64,000 nucleotides of DNA from an uncultured Planctomycetota bacterium (GCA_963845755.1 CAWJTV010000048.1:1-64000); one strand, 5' to 3'; positions 10,178 to 22,014 are shown, counted from the first letter of the stretch. The notes: a model not told the origin generated them from the letters alone. Numbers and translations are program-made.

Positions 10178-11290
10178 ATGATGCAGCAGATCGGTTACAA
10201 AAGAGTCCGGCACGGCTTCACGCTCATCGAACTGTTGGTGGTGATCGCGATCATCGCGGTCCTCATCGCACTCCTCCTGCCAGCGGTGCAAGCCGCTCGC
10301 GAGGCCGCGCAGCGCGCCCAATGCACCAACAATCTCAAGCAGACCGGCCTGGCGGTGCACAATTACGTAAGTGCCAACGATGTCTTCCCCTGGGGTTGCT
10401 TCCGGCAGCACAACCCGACGGCGGCCACCGGCTATCCGTACACCTCCGGAGGAAGTTTCGTGGCCTTGCTTCCTTTCCATGAACAGCAGCAGCTCTGGAA
10501 CGCTTGCAACTTCAACTACAACATCTTCAGCGCGGGCAACACGACGATCACCGCCACGTCGCTCAATTATCTCCATTGCCCCAGCGATCCGGCGATCGAG
10601 AACAGGGTGTTCATGGCCGGCGGAAACGTCGATGGCGGCGACATGACGATGTGCTATTCCAGTTACGGCGGCTGTGCGGGAACCTGGTTCCAGTTGCCCC
10701 GCTTCTCCTGGCCCACGAATGAGTTTCAGGCCGCGATCAACAACCAGAATGGCGTGATCGTGTACATCGGCTACGACAATCCTCTGTTCATCAGCCCCAC
10801 ACTTTACACCGGGCTGAATCGACCTTGCGTCAGGCTGGCCGCCGTCACCGATGGCACAAGCAACACCTTCATGTACAGCGAGCGGGCCCATGGGATGCTC
10901 AATGCCCAGGATCAGGTCTGCTGGAACTGGTGGTGCTCGGGCAATTTCGGCGACACGAGCTTCTGCACGATGTATCCCATCAACCCGTTCCGCAAGGATC
11001 CCAATGCCGGAACGATCGGCACCGTGGGCGGCGGGTCGGACACGTTCGTCTCGGCCGCGTCGAGCTTCCACCCGGGCGGCGCCAACTTCTTGTTTTGCGA
11101 CGGCTCGGTGAGGTTCATCAAGGAGTCGGTCAGTTGCTGGCCGATCAACAGCGTGACCAACTTGCCCAACGGGGTCACGCTCGACAGCGCCGGCTACGTC
11201 TACCAGATCGCCCCGGGCACTCGGCTAGGTGTCTACCAGATGCTTTCCACCTGCGCGGGGGGCGAGGTCATCAGCTCCGACCAGTATTGA
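10178..11290 (+). CDS. DUF1559 (prepilin-type N-terminus, H-X9-DG) protein
   Basis: [59 protein letters not shown]. Confidence 0.95.
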   Translation: MMQQIGYKRVRHGFTLIELLVVIAIIAVLIALLLPAVQAAREAAQRAQCTNNLKQTGLAVHNYVSANDVFPWGCFRQHNPTAATGYPYTSGGSFVALLPFHEQQQLWNACNFNYNIFSAGNTTITATSLNYLHCPSDPAIENRVFMAGGNVDGGDMTMCYSSYGGCAGTWFQLPRFSWPTNEFQAAINNQNGVIVYIGYDNPLFISPTLYTGLNRPCVRLAAVTDGTSNTFMYSERAHGMLNAQDQVCWNWWCSGNFGDTSFCTMYPINPFRKDPNAGTIGTVGGGSDTFVSAASSFHPGGANFLFCDGSVRFIKESVSCWPINSVTNLPNGVTLDSAGYVYQIAPGTRLGVYQMLSTCAGGEVISSDQY

Positions 11291-11550
11291 CCGAACCGAT
11301 CGCTGTCCGAGAGACCCCACTCAAGGAAAAGTCACGCATCCGAATCGGAATGCATTGCCAGCGATTGCATCCGAAAAAAAAATCTGGATGGCAAATCTGA
11401 ATGGAGGCACCGACCCCGTTGGCGAGTCCGGCCGGTGAACACGTACGCCAACTCAGAGTCCCCCCGCGACGCGGGCTCGACCCATGTCAGCTCGCCCGGC
11501 CGTTGAAGACGTTCGATTGACTTCGGAACTCCTTCACTGGCCATAGGCGG

Positions 11551-11660
11551 CGAAAATGGTGTCGGGGAAAATGGGCCGGGGCACCCCACGGCGATTGCTC
11601 TGGGGTGACCCGGCCCAATTTCTTCCGAGGGAAAAATTGAATTGACCCCAATTTCTTCCG
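11551..11660. repeat. REP-like repeat cluster
   Basis: GAAAATGG twice and CCCAATTTCTTCCG twice. Confidence 0.5.
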
Positions 11661-12160
11661 GGCTGGTATGGCCCGAGGTGAGCGGCTCTGCCCGGATCTC
11701 GTCCGCGTTGTAGCGCCTCGGCAGCTCATCACGGACGATCTGGCGGGCGCCCTCGATGGTATCGGCTGCTCGATGACTTGGCCCTGGTGGCTGACCCAGA
11801 ACATCGGCGGCTCCAGGACGATGGATGCCGGGGCCGCCCAAGGAACGAGGCTCCCCGGCTGACGAGGTTCGAGAGCCCGCCGCCTGATCATACGCAGCAT
11901 GGCGAGGCCCGCCCGGCCGGCACTCCCGCCTTACCGCTCGCCGGGCACGTTAACTATGCCACATGGTGTGCGCGGGAGCAACTCGCGTGATCGATCACGA
12001 GCGCGGCTTGCGTCGCTCCACGGTATCCCCGACCGTTAAGTTGATCAGGTCCGGATGGGTTCCCGAGGCGACTCGCCGCACCACCTCCTTCTCGATCGCG
12101 TCGGCACCGCCCCCGATCCCCTCGGCGAAGTCTGGGCCCCATTCGAGGGTGAAAAGGGCG

Positions 12161-12300
12161 AGAAGGGGGACAGGGTGAAAAGCACGGTGGAAAAGGGGAA
12201 AGAGCGCAAATCGACATTTGTCATGGCTAGAGATTTGCCTCTTACAAATGTCAACTTGCACTACGTCCCCCTTTTTCCCCCGCTACGTCCCCCTTTCCCC
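12161..12300. repeat. REP-like long imperfect inverted repeat
   Basis: AAAAGGGGAAAGAGCGCAAATCGACATTTGT-22 nt-ACAAATGTCAACTTGCACTACGTCCCCCTTTT; CTACGTCCCC duplicated. Confidence 0.7.
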
Positions 12301-14898
12301 CGCGCCATGGCGCTGGTCGTCAGGAGAGGCGTGCCCGCGCCGTCGGCCGAGCTGGTGCTGGCTACCGGCACGGCTTGACCATCGCTGCCGCTGAAGTCCA
12401 AAGTGCCGATCCTGTCGGCGGCCGGGCTGACATTGCCGTTAACGTCGTAGGCCTGTGCGCCGTAGGCCCCGATCCAACGGCCCTGCGTCGTCGTGTCCGT
12501 CTGAAGGAACGTGGCCGAGGATGGTGTCGTCGCCGGGTCGATGAAGATCCCGCTGAGCACTGCGTTCACACCCGATTCGCCGCGTGATCGTGATCACGAC
12601 GTCGCCTGACATCTTCCAATTCAGATACACCCCACCCGTAAACGAGGAGACCGTCTCGGTGCTCAGGACCGTCCCCGTCGATGCGTCACTGATCTGGATC
12701 TGCTCGACCCGGGCCGGCGAGCTTTGCAGGTCGAGCACGTACAGTTCGACGTCGTGCGCCTGGCCGTCGGTCAGGTCCAGGTTCACCGTGAAGCTAGTGG
12801 TCGCGTACCAGGCTGCCTCGATCCGGCCGGATCCGCCCGGGTTCTGAAGCGCCTGGGGAGCCGTCGAGCTGGCCGCCCAGACGTGGGTCAATTCGCCGCT
12901 GGGCGTGACGGTGGCGTAGGGGGACAGGCTGGGCGTGTCGCCGATGACGTCGTAGCCCTGCGCGCCGTAGGTCCCGATCCAACTGCCCCGCGTCGTCGTG
13001 TCCGTCTGGAGGAACGTGGCCGAGGATGCCTGCGGTGGCGGATCGATGAAGATCCCGCTGAGCACCGCGTTCACACCCGATTCGCGCGTGATCGTGATCA
13101 CGACGTCGCCTGACATCTTCCAATTCAGATACACCCCGCCCGTAAACGAGGAGACCGTCTCGGTGCTCAGGACCGTCCCCGTCAACGCGTCACTGATCTG
13201 GATCTGCTCGACCCGGGCCGGCGAGCTTTGCAGGTCGAGCACGTACAGTTCGACGTCGTGCGCCTGGCCGTCGGTCAGGTCCAGGTTCACCGTGAAGCTA
13301 GTGGTCGCGTACCAGGCTGCCTCGATCCGGCCGGATCCGCCCGGGTTCTGAAGCGCCTGGGGAGCCGTCGAGCTGGCCGCCCAGACGTGGGTCAATTCGC
13401 CGCTGGGCGTGACGGTGGCGTAGGGGGACAGGCTGGGCGTGTCGCCGATGACGTCGTAGCCCTGCGCGCCGTAGGTCCCGATCCAACTGCCCCGCGTCGT
13501 CGTGTCCGTCTTGAGGAACGTGGCCGTCGGCGTTGGGGTGGGTGTCGGAGTGGCGGTCAATTGCCACATCGAGGCACCTGGAGCGGTGAAGTCGAGGTCC
13601 GAGCCGCTGGCCACGAAGTGCGTGGGGATGTTGTTGTTGCCGGTGTCGAGGTTAGTGTCCATCACGGTCCCGGCCGCCGTCCCGTTACTCTGCCAGACCT
13701 GCCAGCCCGCCGTGGTGGTAACGGCGGCGAAGTACAGGGTGTCGCCGATCGCCAACAAGCTCTCGACGTTGGCGGTCGAGGTCCCGTTGATGTCAGCGAC
13801 CATCGTGGTGCCGGCGGCGGTGCCGTTGCTCTCCCACAACTGGGTGCCATCCGTCCCGTCATCACCCGCGAAGTACAGCGTGCCGTTCATCACCGTCGGG
13901 TACGAGACGAGGATACCACCATAGCTGGCGTTGATGTCGGTGATCATGGTGGTGGTGCTAGTGGTGCCCTGGCTCTCCCACAACTGGCTGCCATGCGTCC
14001 CGTCGTTGGCGGTGAACAAGAGGGTGTTGCCCAGCGCCGTCAGGTTCGAGGGGTCAAGGCCGCCGTTCGTGATGTTGCCGCTGGTGAGCCGGACGGTGCC
14101 GCCGGCGGTGCCGTTCGTCTCCCAGAGCTGTAGGCCATTCGTGGGATCAAAGCCGGAGAAGTAGACGGTGTTGTCCACGGGTGTCAGCAAGTTGGGGAGC
14201 GAGCCGCCGTTGTTCGTGGTGAGCTGGATGGTGCCGCCGGCGGTGCCGTTCGTCTCCCAGAGCTGGTTGCCAGAGGTGGACTCCGTGGCCGCGAAGTAGA
14301 GGACGCCGCCGCTCGCAGGGGTCAAGTCGGCGGGGTAAGAGCCATAGGTGCCGTTGATGTCGGCGACCTGGACGGTGCCGCTGGCTGTGCCGTTGCTCTT
14401 CCAGAGCTGATTGCCGTCGCTGGGGCCGTAGGCGGTGAAGTAGAGGGTGCCGTTGTCGTTGGTGAGGTTCGAGGGGTAGAAGCCACCATTCTGAACCGTA
14501 ATGTCCGTGACCATGACGGTGCCGCTGGTGGTGCCGTTGCTCTCCCAGAGCTGGTGACCGTGGGTGCCGTCGTTGGCGGCGAAGAAGAGGGTGCTGCCGA
14601 CAGCGGTGAGGTCCTGGGGGTAGCATCCGCCGTGGTTGAGGTTGAGGTCGGTGAGCATGGTGGCGCCACCGGTGGTGCTGTTGTAGACCCAGAGCTGGGC
14701 GCCGTGGCTGCTGTCGGTGCCGAGGAAGAAGAGGTCACCATTGATCGCCACCGGCGTCGACCCGACCGTGGAGCTGAAATTGATGGGGGTGAGCGTCAAC
14801 AGGGCACGCGTCTCCAAGCCTTCCAGACAGAATCGACGGGTCAACTTCCGACGATGGGCCTTCGATGCGGGGAAGCAGCGCCTGAGTTGCGAAAACAT
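12261..14898 (-). CDS. Large secreted protein: planctomycete extracellular signal, ELWxxDGT-type repeats, PT linker, tandem 168-aa modules (frameshift ~12582)
   Basis: RRFCLEGLETRALL; repeated QLWESNGTxxGT; TPTPTPT; duplicated ATFLxTDTTTRGSWIGTYGAQGY...NAVLSGIFID. Confidence 0.9.
12440..13525 (-). repeat. Near-identical 504-bp tandem duplication plus partial third unit
   Basis: Units 13022-13525 and 12517-13021 differ at only a few positions; third unit breaks off ~12440. Confidence 0.95.
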
Positions 14899-15969
14899 TC
14901 GATGACCTCTCGCGGTTCCTTGAGGAGCATGGAATCGAACACGCAGGGCATCACGCGGCCCTGGCGCCCGGATCGTGGCTGGTGCGCGCTCTTGACCGAG
15001 CCCTCGATCCATTAAGTCGTTGCACAATCAACGATTCTCGATCAGTCAGTCATGAATCATCGACGGTTTCAATGCCGCTCAGGAGGTCCTCGGCACCGCC
15101 CGGCCGTACCGAGGCGACCGGATCATCCCTGGAGATCCCGCGGCCGCCTCGGTCCATGGGCGGAACCTCGATGCGGTCAACGATGACTCTTGTTTCGAGT
15201 TACGAGAGAGTGATCATATGCAGCACTTCACGCAGGACTCCGCGAGCGGCGCAGGAGTTCACTGTCCCATGTGATCCGCTGGGCCATCAAACCAACCATC
15301 GATTCTTGATTCAGGTCAACGATCAAGTGAAGCGTTGCCGTTGCTTGATACGGCGTTCCGGGCTCGAGGTTTGGCCCGACGAACTCGGTTCCCAGACGTC
15401 GCACAGATCTGGACGGCACACGGACTGGAGACCCGCTCAATGACTCGCCCGACGCGCCAGCGAGGGTTGCCGCGAGTCTCTGTTGCGGTTCGGAACGAAC
15501 CTCGCTAGCACGTTGGACCGGTGTCTCGCGATCGGCTGCGGAGAGGTGGTTGCACCGCTAACCTCCGCTCCGGGACCTTGGAACGAGCCCGCCCAGGACG
15601 AATGGCGCCAGTCGTAATATACTGACCGCTGGGAATCAGGGGAATAAGGTTGCCAAGACATTATGATTACGGCAAAGAATATCGATAAGTTGATCCCAAA
15701 GGCCAATACCGTGGAATTAGCCGTAAACGATGGCGATGGCACGGCTTCCAACACGCACCGGGGGCTCAGATAAGGCCTTAGTGGTACAGACTCTCAAAGG
15801 GCAGCCATTCTCTCAAGGATATTGGAGGAGCTTAGTCCGGCCAGGAATCCCTAGAGTTGGCCCAAGGGTGCATGCTGTTTCCGTTGCGGAGACTCGTCGA
15901 TCAGCAAAACTGAGGGCACCAAGGAATGCCCGTTATTCCTTCCGAGTCCTCGCTTGGTGGTCTGTCTGA

Positions 15970-16094
15970 GAGTCTGTTCCCGATGGCCGATATCCTGGTA
16001 GTGTGGTAGGTGCAACCGACCGACATAAGTCCTTGAAATTTGGTGGATCGCCCCCCAACTACGAATGCGTCTTCCGACCTGATGGAACAGACTC
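15970..16094. mobile_element. MITE copy 2 (125 bp)
   Basis: TIR GAGTCTGTTCC...GGAACAGACTC with TGA/TGA duplication. Confidence 0.85.
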
Positions 16095-16152
16095 TGAACG
16101 CGTGTAGACCGATCCGCGAGCGTTATCGGATTCCGCATCCTCTACCACCATG

Positions 16153-16753
16153 TCACGGCGCCAGTCGGGTTGAATCAGAGCCTTCAATCGAGAAGGACTC
16201 TGTGATTTCCCGGACCACCCGGCACGGGTTGCCAGCGGCGAACACCCCATCGGGCACGTCCCGTGTGACCACGCTGCCGGCTCCGATGACCGACCGGGAG
16301 CCGATTCGAACCCCAGGACAGATGATCGCACCGCCCCCGACCCACACGTCGGAGCCGATTTCGATCGGCTTGGCGAACTCGTGTTTCCGCCTCAGGGCGG
16401 CGTTCATCGGATGGGTGGCGGTATAGACTTGAACCGCCGGGCCGAACAGGGTGTAGTCCCCGATCGTTACCCGACACACGTCGAGTACGATGCAGTTGAA
16501 ATTGAAGAACACCCGCTCGCCCAGCAAGATGTTCGAAACCGTAGTCGCAGTAGAACGGGGGCTGCATCCAGACCGTTTCACCCCCCTTGCCGAACAACTG
16601 CTTCAGGAGATGTCGTCGCTCGTCGATCTGGGCCTCTCGTGTAACGTTGAGGTCCTGGCACAAGTCCCTCGCCCTGTCGCGGGCACGGACGAGTTCCGAG
16701 TCCATTGGGTCATACAGTTCCCCGGCCAGCATCTTGTCCAGTTCGGTTCCCAT
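16153..16753 (-). CDS. maa: Sugar (maltose-type) O-acetyltransferase (frameshift ~16538)
   Basis: KMLAGELY, PPFYCDYG, FNFNCIVLD, YTATHP, IGSDVWVGGGAIICPGV, GNPCRVVR. Confidence 0.88.
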
Positions 16754-16870
16754 CGAATCCTCTCCATCCCGTCGAATCACTGACGCTTCGTTGGTAGGGC
16801 CACTGTTCCGACTTGAAATCCCCGTGATCATGAGAATCTCGTGCCAAGCTTTTTTCCCCATAGTCTGTTA

Positions 16871-16989
16871 GAGTCTGTCCCAAAAGGGCGAGCGGGGGCG
16901 TCAGCCCCCTGTCCGGTGAGCGACGGACCTCCAAGACAGGGGGCTGACGCCCCCCGCTCGCCCGGACCGGCCCCTTCTGGGACAGACTC
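16871..16989. mobile_element. MITE copy 3 (119 bp) carrying an internal REP-like hairpin
   Basis: TIR GAGTCTGTCCCA...TGGGACAGACTC, TTA/TTA duplication; internal arms GGGCGAGCGGGGGCGTCAGCCCCCTGTC and its complement. Confidence 0.85.
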
Positions 16990-17406
16990 TTAGCCGGGCG
17001 ACACGCCGTTTCTTTACTCATCCAGCATATCGAGCGGTGGTACCTTCCAGGACTCGCCCCTAACCGAGGCGAGGAGCATCCGGGAGTCCAAAGACCTGCG
17101 ACAGAACACAACTCCTCCCGTATCATCTCCGGGAGCGACCGGAGTTCCGGTCGTCGCCGTGTCGGCCCTGTTGTCACTGGCCGACCGGCTCAGACAACGA
17201 ACGCGATCACCCCGAGGAGACCAGCCATGCGCGACTACCTTGACGAATCAGTCCCCCCCCGCGCTGCGTGACGCCACCCGGCCCACGCCCGAGCGTCCCG
17301 ATCTGGCCGACGCTCACCACGGATCAGCGGCAGATCCTCCTCCATGCCCTCAGCCGACTGCTCGCCCGTCGGCTGCCCGCGGCCCCCGACGCCAAGGAGG
17401 TGCGCG

Positions 17407-19789
17407 ATGAGCGGAACTGAATCCACCCGGGCCCCGGCCTCTCGAGTCCGGGAAGATCGCCGATGTCCATCGGGCCAAGCTGGCCGTCGTCTATGTCCGC
17501 CAGTCCACACCGCAGCAGGTTGCCGAGAACCGCGAGTCGCTCGCCCGCCAGTATGCCCTGGCCGATCACGCCCGCGCCATGGGCTGGCCCGCCGAGCGGG
17601 TCCTCGTCATCGACGAGGACCTCGGGCAGAGCGCCCGCACCGCCGACGCCCGGCTCGGCTTCCAGCGCCTGCTGGCCGAGGTCAGCATGGACCACGTCGG
17701 GCTCGTCTTGGGCCTGGAGATGAGCCGGCTCTCCCGCTCCTGTCGGGACTGGCACCACCTGCTGGAGGTCTGCGGCCTCTTCGGTGCCCTGCTGGCTGAC
17801 CAGGACGGCGTCTACGACCCGTCCGACCCCAACGACAGGCTCGTGCTCGGTCTGAAGGGCCAGATCTCGGAACTTGAGCTTCATACGATCCGCAGCCGAC
17901 TGGTCCGCGGCAAGCTCAACAAGGCCCGCCGCGGCGAACTGATCATCAACGCGCCGATCGGGTACGTCAAGACGCCAACCGGCGGCCTGGTGCTGGACCC
18001 GGACGACCAGGTCCGGGCCGTCGTCCGGCTCCTCTTCGACAAGTTCGAGGAGCTGGGGAGCGCCCATGCCGTCACGCGCTACCTCAGGCAGAATCATATC
18101 CGGCTCGGCATCCGGCCTCACGACGGACCGAATCGCGGTGAGCTCGAATGGCGCCCGGCTTTGGTGAGCACCGTCTATCGGATCCTCACCCATCCGGCCT
18201 ACGCCGGGACGTATGCTTACGGGCGGACTCCGATCGAACCGAGGCGCCGCCGCAACGGTCAGCCGGGCATCCGCCGCGCCCCGAGGGCCGAATGGGCGGT
18301 CACCCTGCACGACCGCCTGCCGGCCTATATCACCTGGGAGCAGTACCTCCGCAACACCGAGCGCATCCGCCAGAACCGCACCACGGCCTCGACCCCGGGC
18401 CACGTGCGCCGGGGTGGCGCACTCCTGTGCGGGGTCGTCTTCTGCGGGCGGTGCGGGCGGCGGATGGGCGTGGTCTACAGCACCAAGTCCCGGCCGCGCT
18501 ATCGTTGTGGCGCACACCATCAACCCGGAGAGTCCTGGACCTGTCGCGGGATCACGGCTGCGGTCCTGGACACGGCCGTTGCCGATCAGGTCCTGCGGGC
18601 GTTGACCCCCGCCGGGATCGAGCTGAGCCTGACAGCCGCCGGGGATATCGAGCGGGAACGGGCCCGGCTGGATGCCCATTGGCAAGCCGAGCTGCAGCGC
18701 AGCGGGTACGAGGCCCGGCTCGCCGAGCGAAGCTATCGGGCGGTCGACCCCGATAACCGGCTCGTGGCGCGGGCGCTGGAACAGCGGTGGGAGGAGGCGC
18801 TGCGGCGCGAGCAGGAGTTGCGGGAGAGGTATGACCGCTTCCGCCGGGAGTCGCCACGGCGACTGACCTCGGAGGAGCTCGACCACATCCGGGCGTTGGC
18901 CGCCGATATCCCGTCCCTCTGGCACGCCGCGGAGACCCCGGCGGCGGACCGCAAGGAGATCGTCCGCGCCCTCGTCGAGCGGGTGACCGTGACGGTCGCT
19001 GGCGACTCCGAGAGGGTCCTCGTCTGCATCCGATGGATGGGCGGGATGGCGACGGAGCACACGTTACGACGTCCGATCAGTCATTACGAGCGGCTGGCCG
19101 ACTTCCCGCGGATCAGGCGGTTGGTCGAGGCGGCCGTCGCGGCCGGTCGGACCTCGCGTGAGATCGCGGAATGCCTCAACCGGGAGGGTTTCCGCCCGCC
19201 GTCGAATCGCGCGGACCGATTCACGCCGGAGCGTGCCAGGGACCTGGTCTACCGACTGGGTCTGAGCCCGAGGCGCCGGCCCGCCGAGGGGCTGGCGGTC
19301 AACGAATGGTGGATGCGCGACCTGGCGGATGGACTGGGCGTGGGATTCGGCCGATTCAAGGAATGGGTCAAGAGGGGCTACGTTCACGCTCGACGTGTCG
19401 GCAGTCGGAAGCATCTTGTGATCTGGGCCGATGCCGAGGAGCGGGAGCGGCTCTGCCGGCTCCGGGACGCTTTTCGTCCCGGCCAGACGAACCCCTATCC
19501 CGCTGAGCTGACTCGCCCCAAGGCGCGGCCGGCTCACAGCCCCGGAGCCCTTTGCGCCGGGATGCGGCACTCGATCCCTGAAAGGCCCGCGGCCCCCGTC
19601 GTTGGATTCCGTAGGGACGGAACGACGCGTGCCCCGCTCGGAGGGCGCCGTGAGGACCTTCCGAGCGGGGGCCCTGACCCCCGGCGTCGGGAAACGACCA
19701 TGACTCGGCAACGGTTCGCTCGTTCGACCAGAGTGCGACGAACGTCTCGGCGCGGTATCTTTGGAGGCTGGCGAGCGTCCGAACCGTGA
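17407..19789 (+). CDS. Large serine recombinase (resolvase + recombinase + Zn ribbon); frameshift ~17442
   Basis: AVVYVRQST catalytic motif upstream of the called ORF, DEDLGQS, EMSRLSRS, PIGY, HPAYAG, LLCGVVFCGRCG, VDPDNRLVA; preceded by a small overlapping ORF ending ...KEVRDE. Confidence 0.92.
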
Positions 19790-19812
19790 ACGTCTGACGA
19801 CTGCCCTAGGGG

Positions 19813-19923
19813 CTGACTTACAACTGTCCGATGTGTAAAGCCTGAATATTCCCCTCGCATCAACGAAATCCGAGGCGTCGCGCGAGGACTTACGTCAAAT
19901 TCCCGGTGTAAAGCCTCGATTAG
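19813..19923 (-). repeat. ~110-bp element, copy 2
   Basis: Reverse complement aligns colinearly with 8579-8690. Confidence 0.75.
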
Positions 19924-20460
19924 AATTGAACATTGACAGCCGTGCGCCGGCGCGGACAATCGGCCGACGTTCTGCCCAAGAGGCACGTTACGCGCTTCAT
20001 CGATCCGTGCCGTGATGATCGCCCTGCTGATCTGCGTGTTCGGGCTAGCGGCTCTCAGAAAGGCCAGGGAGGTCTGGGAATAACCAAATCGGCTCGGGGC
20101 CCTGGGTACGTTCGGAGTCACAGGGATGGGAGTGGTCAGTCTAGGGTCCGACGAGCGGTATCGCTTGGGGCGCGACGCCGCGTGCGCGCTTGCGATCTAT
20201 ATCGTTTCGCTGGCATGTTCAATCCCCCCACTCATGGGACTGCTGGCTTTTGGCTTGGCCCTCGAAACGCTCGTTCGTTGCATTTCGTCGCCGGCCAGCT
20301 CTCGCCGGAGATTGGCTCCTCGGTCTCACCTGGCTAGCAAATCCGGCTGCCTGGGCCGGAATGGTTTTCTTGCTGGTGGGCAGAGCAAGGCGCACGGCCT
20401 TGTCTGGGGTAGTCGCACTCCTGCTGGCTGCTTGCGCTTTTCGCCTGAGTCTGTTTTTTT

Positions 20461-22014
20461 GACACTCCTCGCCGAACACCACCGTATTCTCACGCCGCTC
20501 GACGTGATTCTTTACCCGAAGGATGCTGTGTCCTTCGTCCTGACAGAAGCTTGGCGCGCTTCGGTTCCTGGGCCTCCCTCGAACTCTCCTGGCTCCAGAT
20601 CGCGTCCAGCCGCAAGACCACGAACCGGACCAGCGTCTTCCGCCGCCGCCATTTGTACCGCACCTTCTCCCACGACCGAACCATCCGGTTGGTCCGCTCC
20701 ACGTGATTGTTGGTTCGCACCCGCTGGCTCACCGGATTGTTCAAGTACGCCATGATCTTGGGGAACTTCTCCAGGCTCAATTGCTCCAGCGCCTTGACCA
20801 ACTCGGGGACACCCTGGAAGGCGGGATCCTTCACGATCACGGCCCGGCGGCAGCTCGCCTGATGGTAGTCCTTGGGCGTGTCGAAGAGCCAATAGATCCG
20901 ATCGACGAAGCGGCGCAGGGTCACCAATTCCGGCAGGTACGAGACCATCCGCGCCAGATCGTCCCGCTCGGACTCGGTCAGCTTCTCCCGGCGCTTGACG
21001 ATCAGATGCCGGTGCCGGAACACGAAGGCCGACTTCTCTTTCAGCGTCAGGCCCCGCCGGGCCGCGGCGCGGCGCCGGGCCGGCTTGCGGCCCCGGGCCG
21101 GCTTGCGGCCCCGCTTCTTCTTTCGCCCGGCCCGGCCGCGGCCGCTCATCGCCATCCGCAGCCGCCGCACGGCATCGAGGACCAGCTTATTGATCTCCTT
21201 GAGGATGTGAAAGACGCACAACTGATGGTCGGCCCCGGACCACAGTCCCTCGAGCACAGCCGGGTAGAGATTCGAGCCGTCGGTGATGACGACCTGGGGC
21301 ATCAGGCCCCAGGTCTTGAGGTTCTGAAGGAACCGCCGCATGTGCTCCTGATCATTGGCGCCGACCAAGGCGAAGGCCACCGGCAGGTCGCGGATCGGGT
21401 CGGTGGCCAGCAGCAACGTGAATCGCCCCAGGTGCAACTCATCGACGCAGAGCGTGCCGCTGAACTGCTCCAGGACCATCCGACGATGCGCTGCCAAATT
21501 GAGTTGTTCGACCCGCTGGCGGAGCACGTCGTAGACGAAGCCCGTGGAGAGCTCGAGGACGAACTCGCGGCGCAACGACTCCAAGGTCTGTTCGATGTTC
21601 ATTCCATCCTTGAGGATGCGGTCCAGGACCAAGTCGCGGACCTTGTTGTCGTAGAGGGCCCTGGGGAGGACATCATCGAGGGTATTGCGGAACGTGGTGC
21701 AGCAGGCACACCGGGCCTGATACTCGCCGCAGGTGATCTCCAGGTAGGCGATCGCCTTGTACATGACGGTGCGGACCCGGCGCGGTGGCAGCTTCCGTTT
21801 GCGGCGGCCGTGTTTGCCACACTGGGGACACGGGGCCTTCTTGGGTGCGCAGTGGACCGGTATAGTGACGATGGTGGGTGCTTCGGTGCCCATGCTTGCG
21901 TCCTCCGTGGTGAGGGGTCTCCAATCCTCATTCACGGGGACGCAGGCCCTAACTTTCAAGAGCAAAACGGCTTATCGTCGGCAAATCTCGCGGTGGTGTT
22001 CAGCGAGGAGTGTC
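20461..22014 (-). mobile_element. Complete insertion sequence, 1554 bp
   Basis: 24-bp IR GACACTCCTCGC(C/T)GAACACCACCG with one mismatch; 8-bp TSD GTTTTTTT at 20453-20460 and 22015-22022. Confidence 0.95.
20490..21893 (-). CDS. DDE transposase (ISL3/IS256-Mutator-like)
   Basis: CPQCG...CACC zinc finger, CVDE, ITDG, HQLCVFH, RTNNHVERTNR. Confidence 0.9.
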   Translation of the reverse strand: MGTEAPTIVTIPVHCAPKKAPCPQCGKHGRRKRKLPPRRVRTVMYKAIAYLEITCGEYQARCACCTTFRNTLDDVLPRALYDNKVRDLVLDRILKDGMNIEQTLESLRREFVLELSTGFVYDVLRQRVEQLNLAAHRRMVLEQFSGTLCVDELHLGRFTLLLATDPIRDLPVAFALVGANDQEHMRRFLQNLKTWGLMPQVVITDGSNLYPAVLEGLWSGADHQLCVFHILKEINKLVLDAVRRLRMAMSGRGRAGRKKKRGRKPARGRKPARRRAAARRGLTLKEKSAFVFRHRHLIVKRREKLTESERDDLARMVSYLPELVTLRRFVDRIYWLFDTPKDYHQASCRRAVIVKDPAFQGVPELVKALEQLSLEKFPKIMAYLNNPVSQRVRTNNHVERTNRMVRSWEKVRYKWRRRKTLVRFVVLRLDAIWSQESSREAQEPKRAKLLSGRRTQHPSGKESRRAA

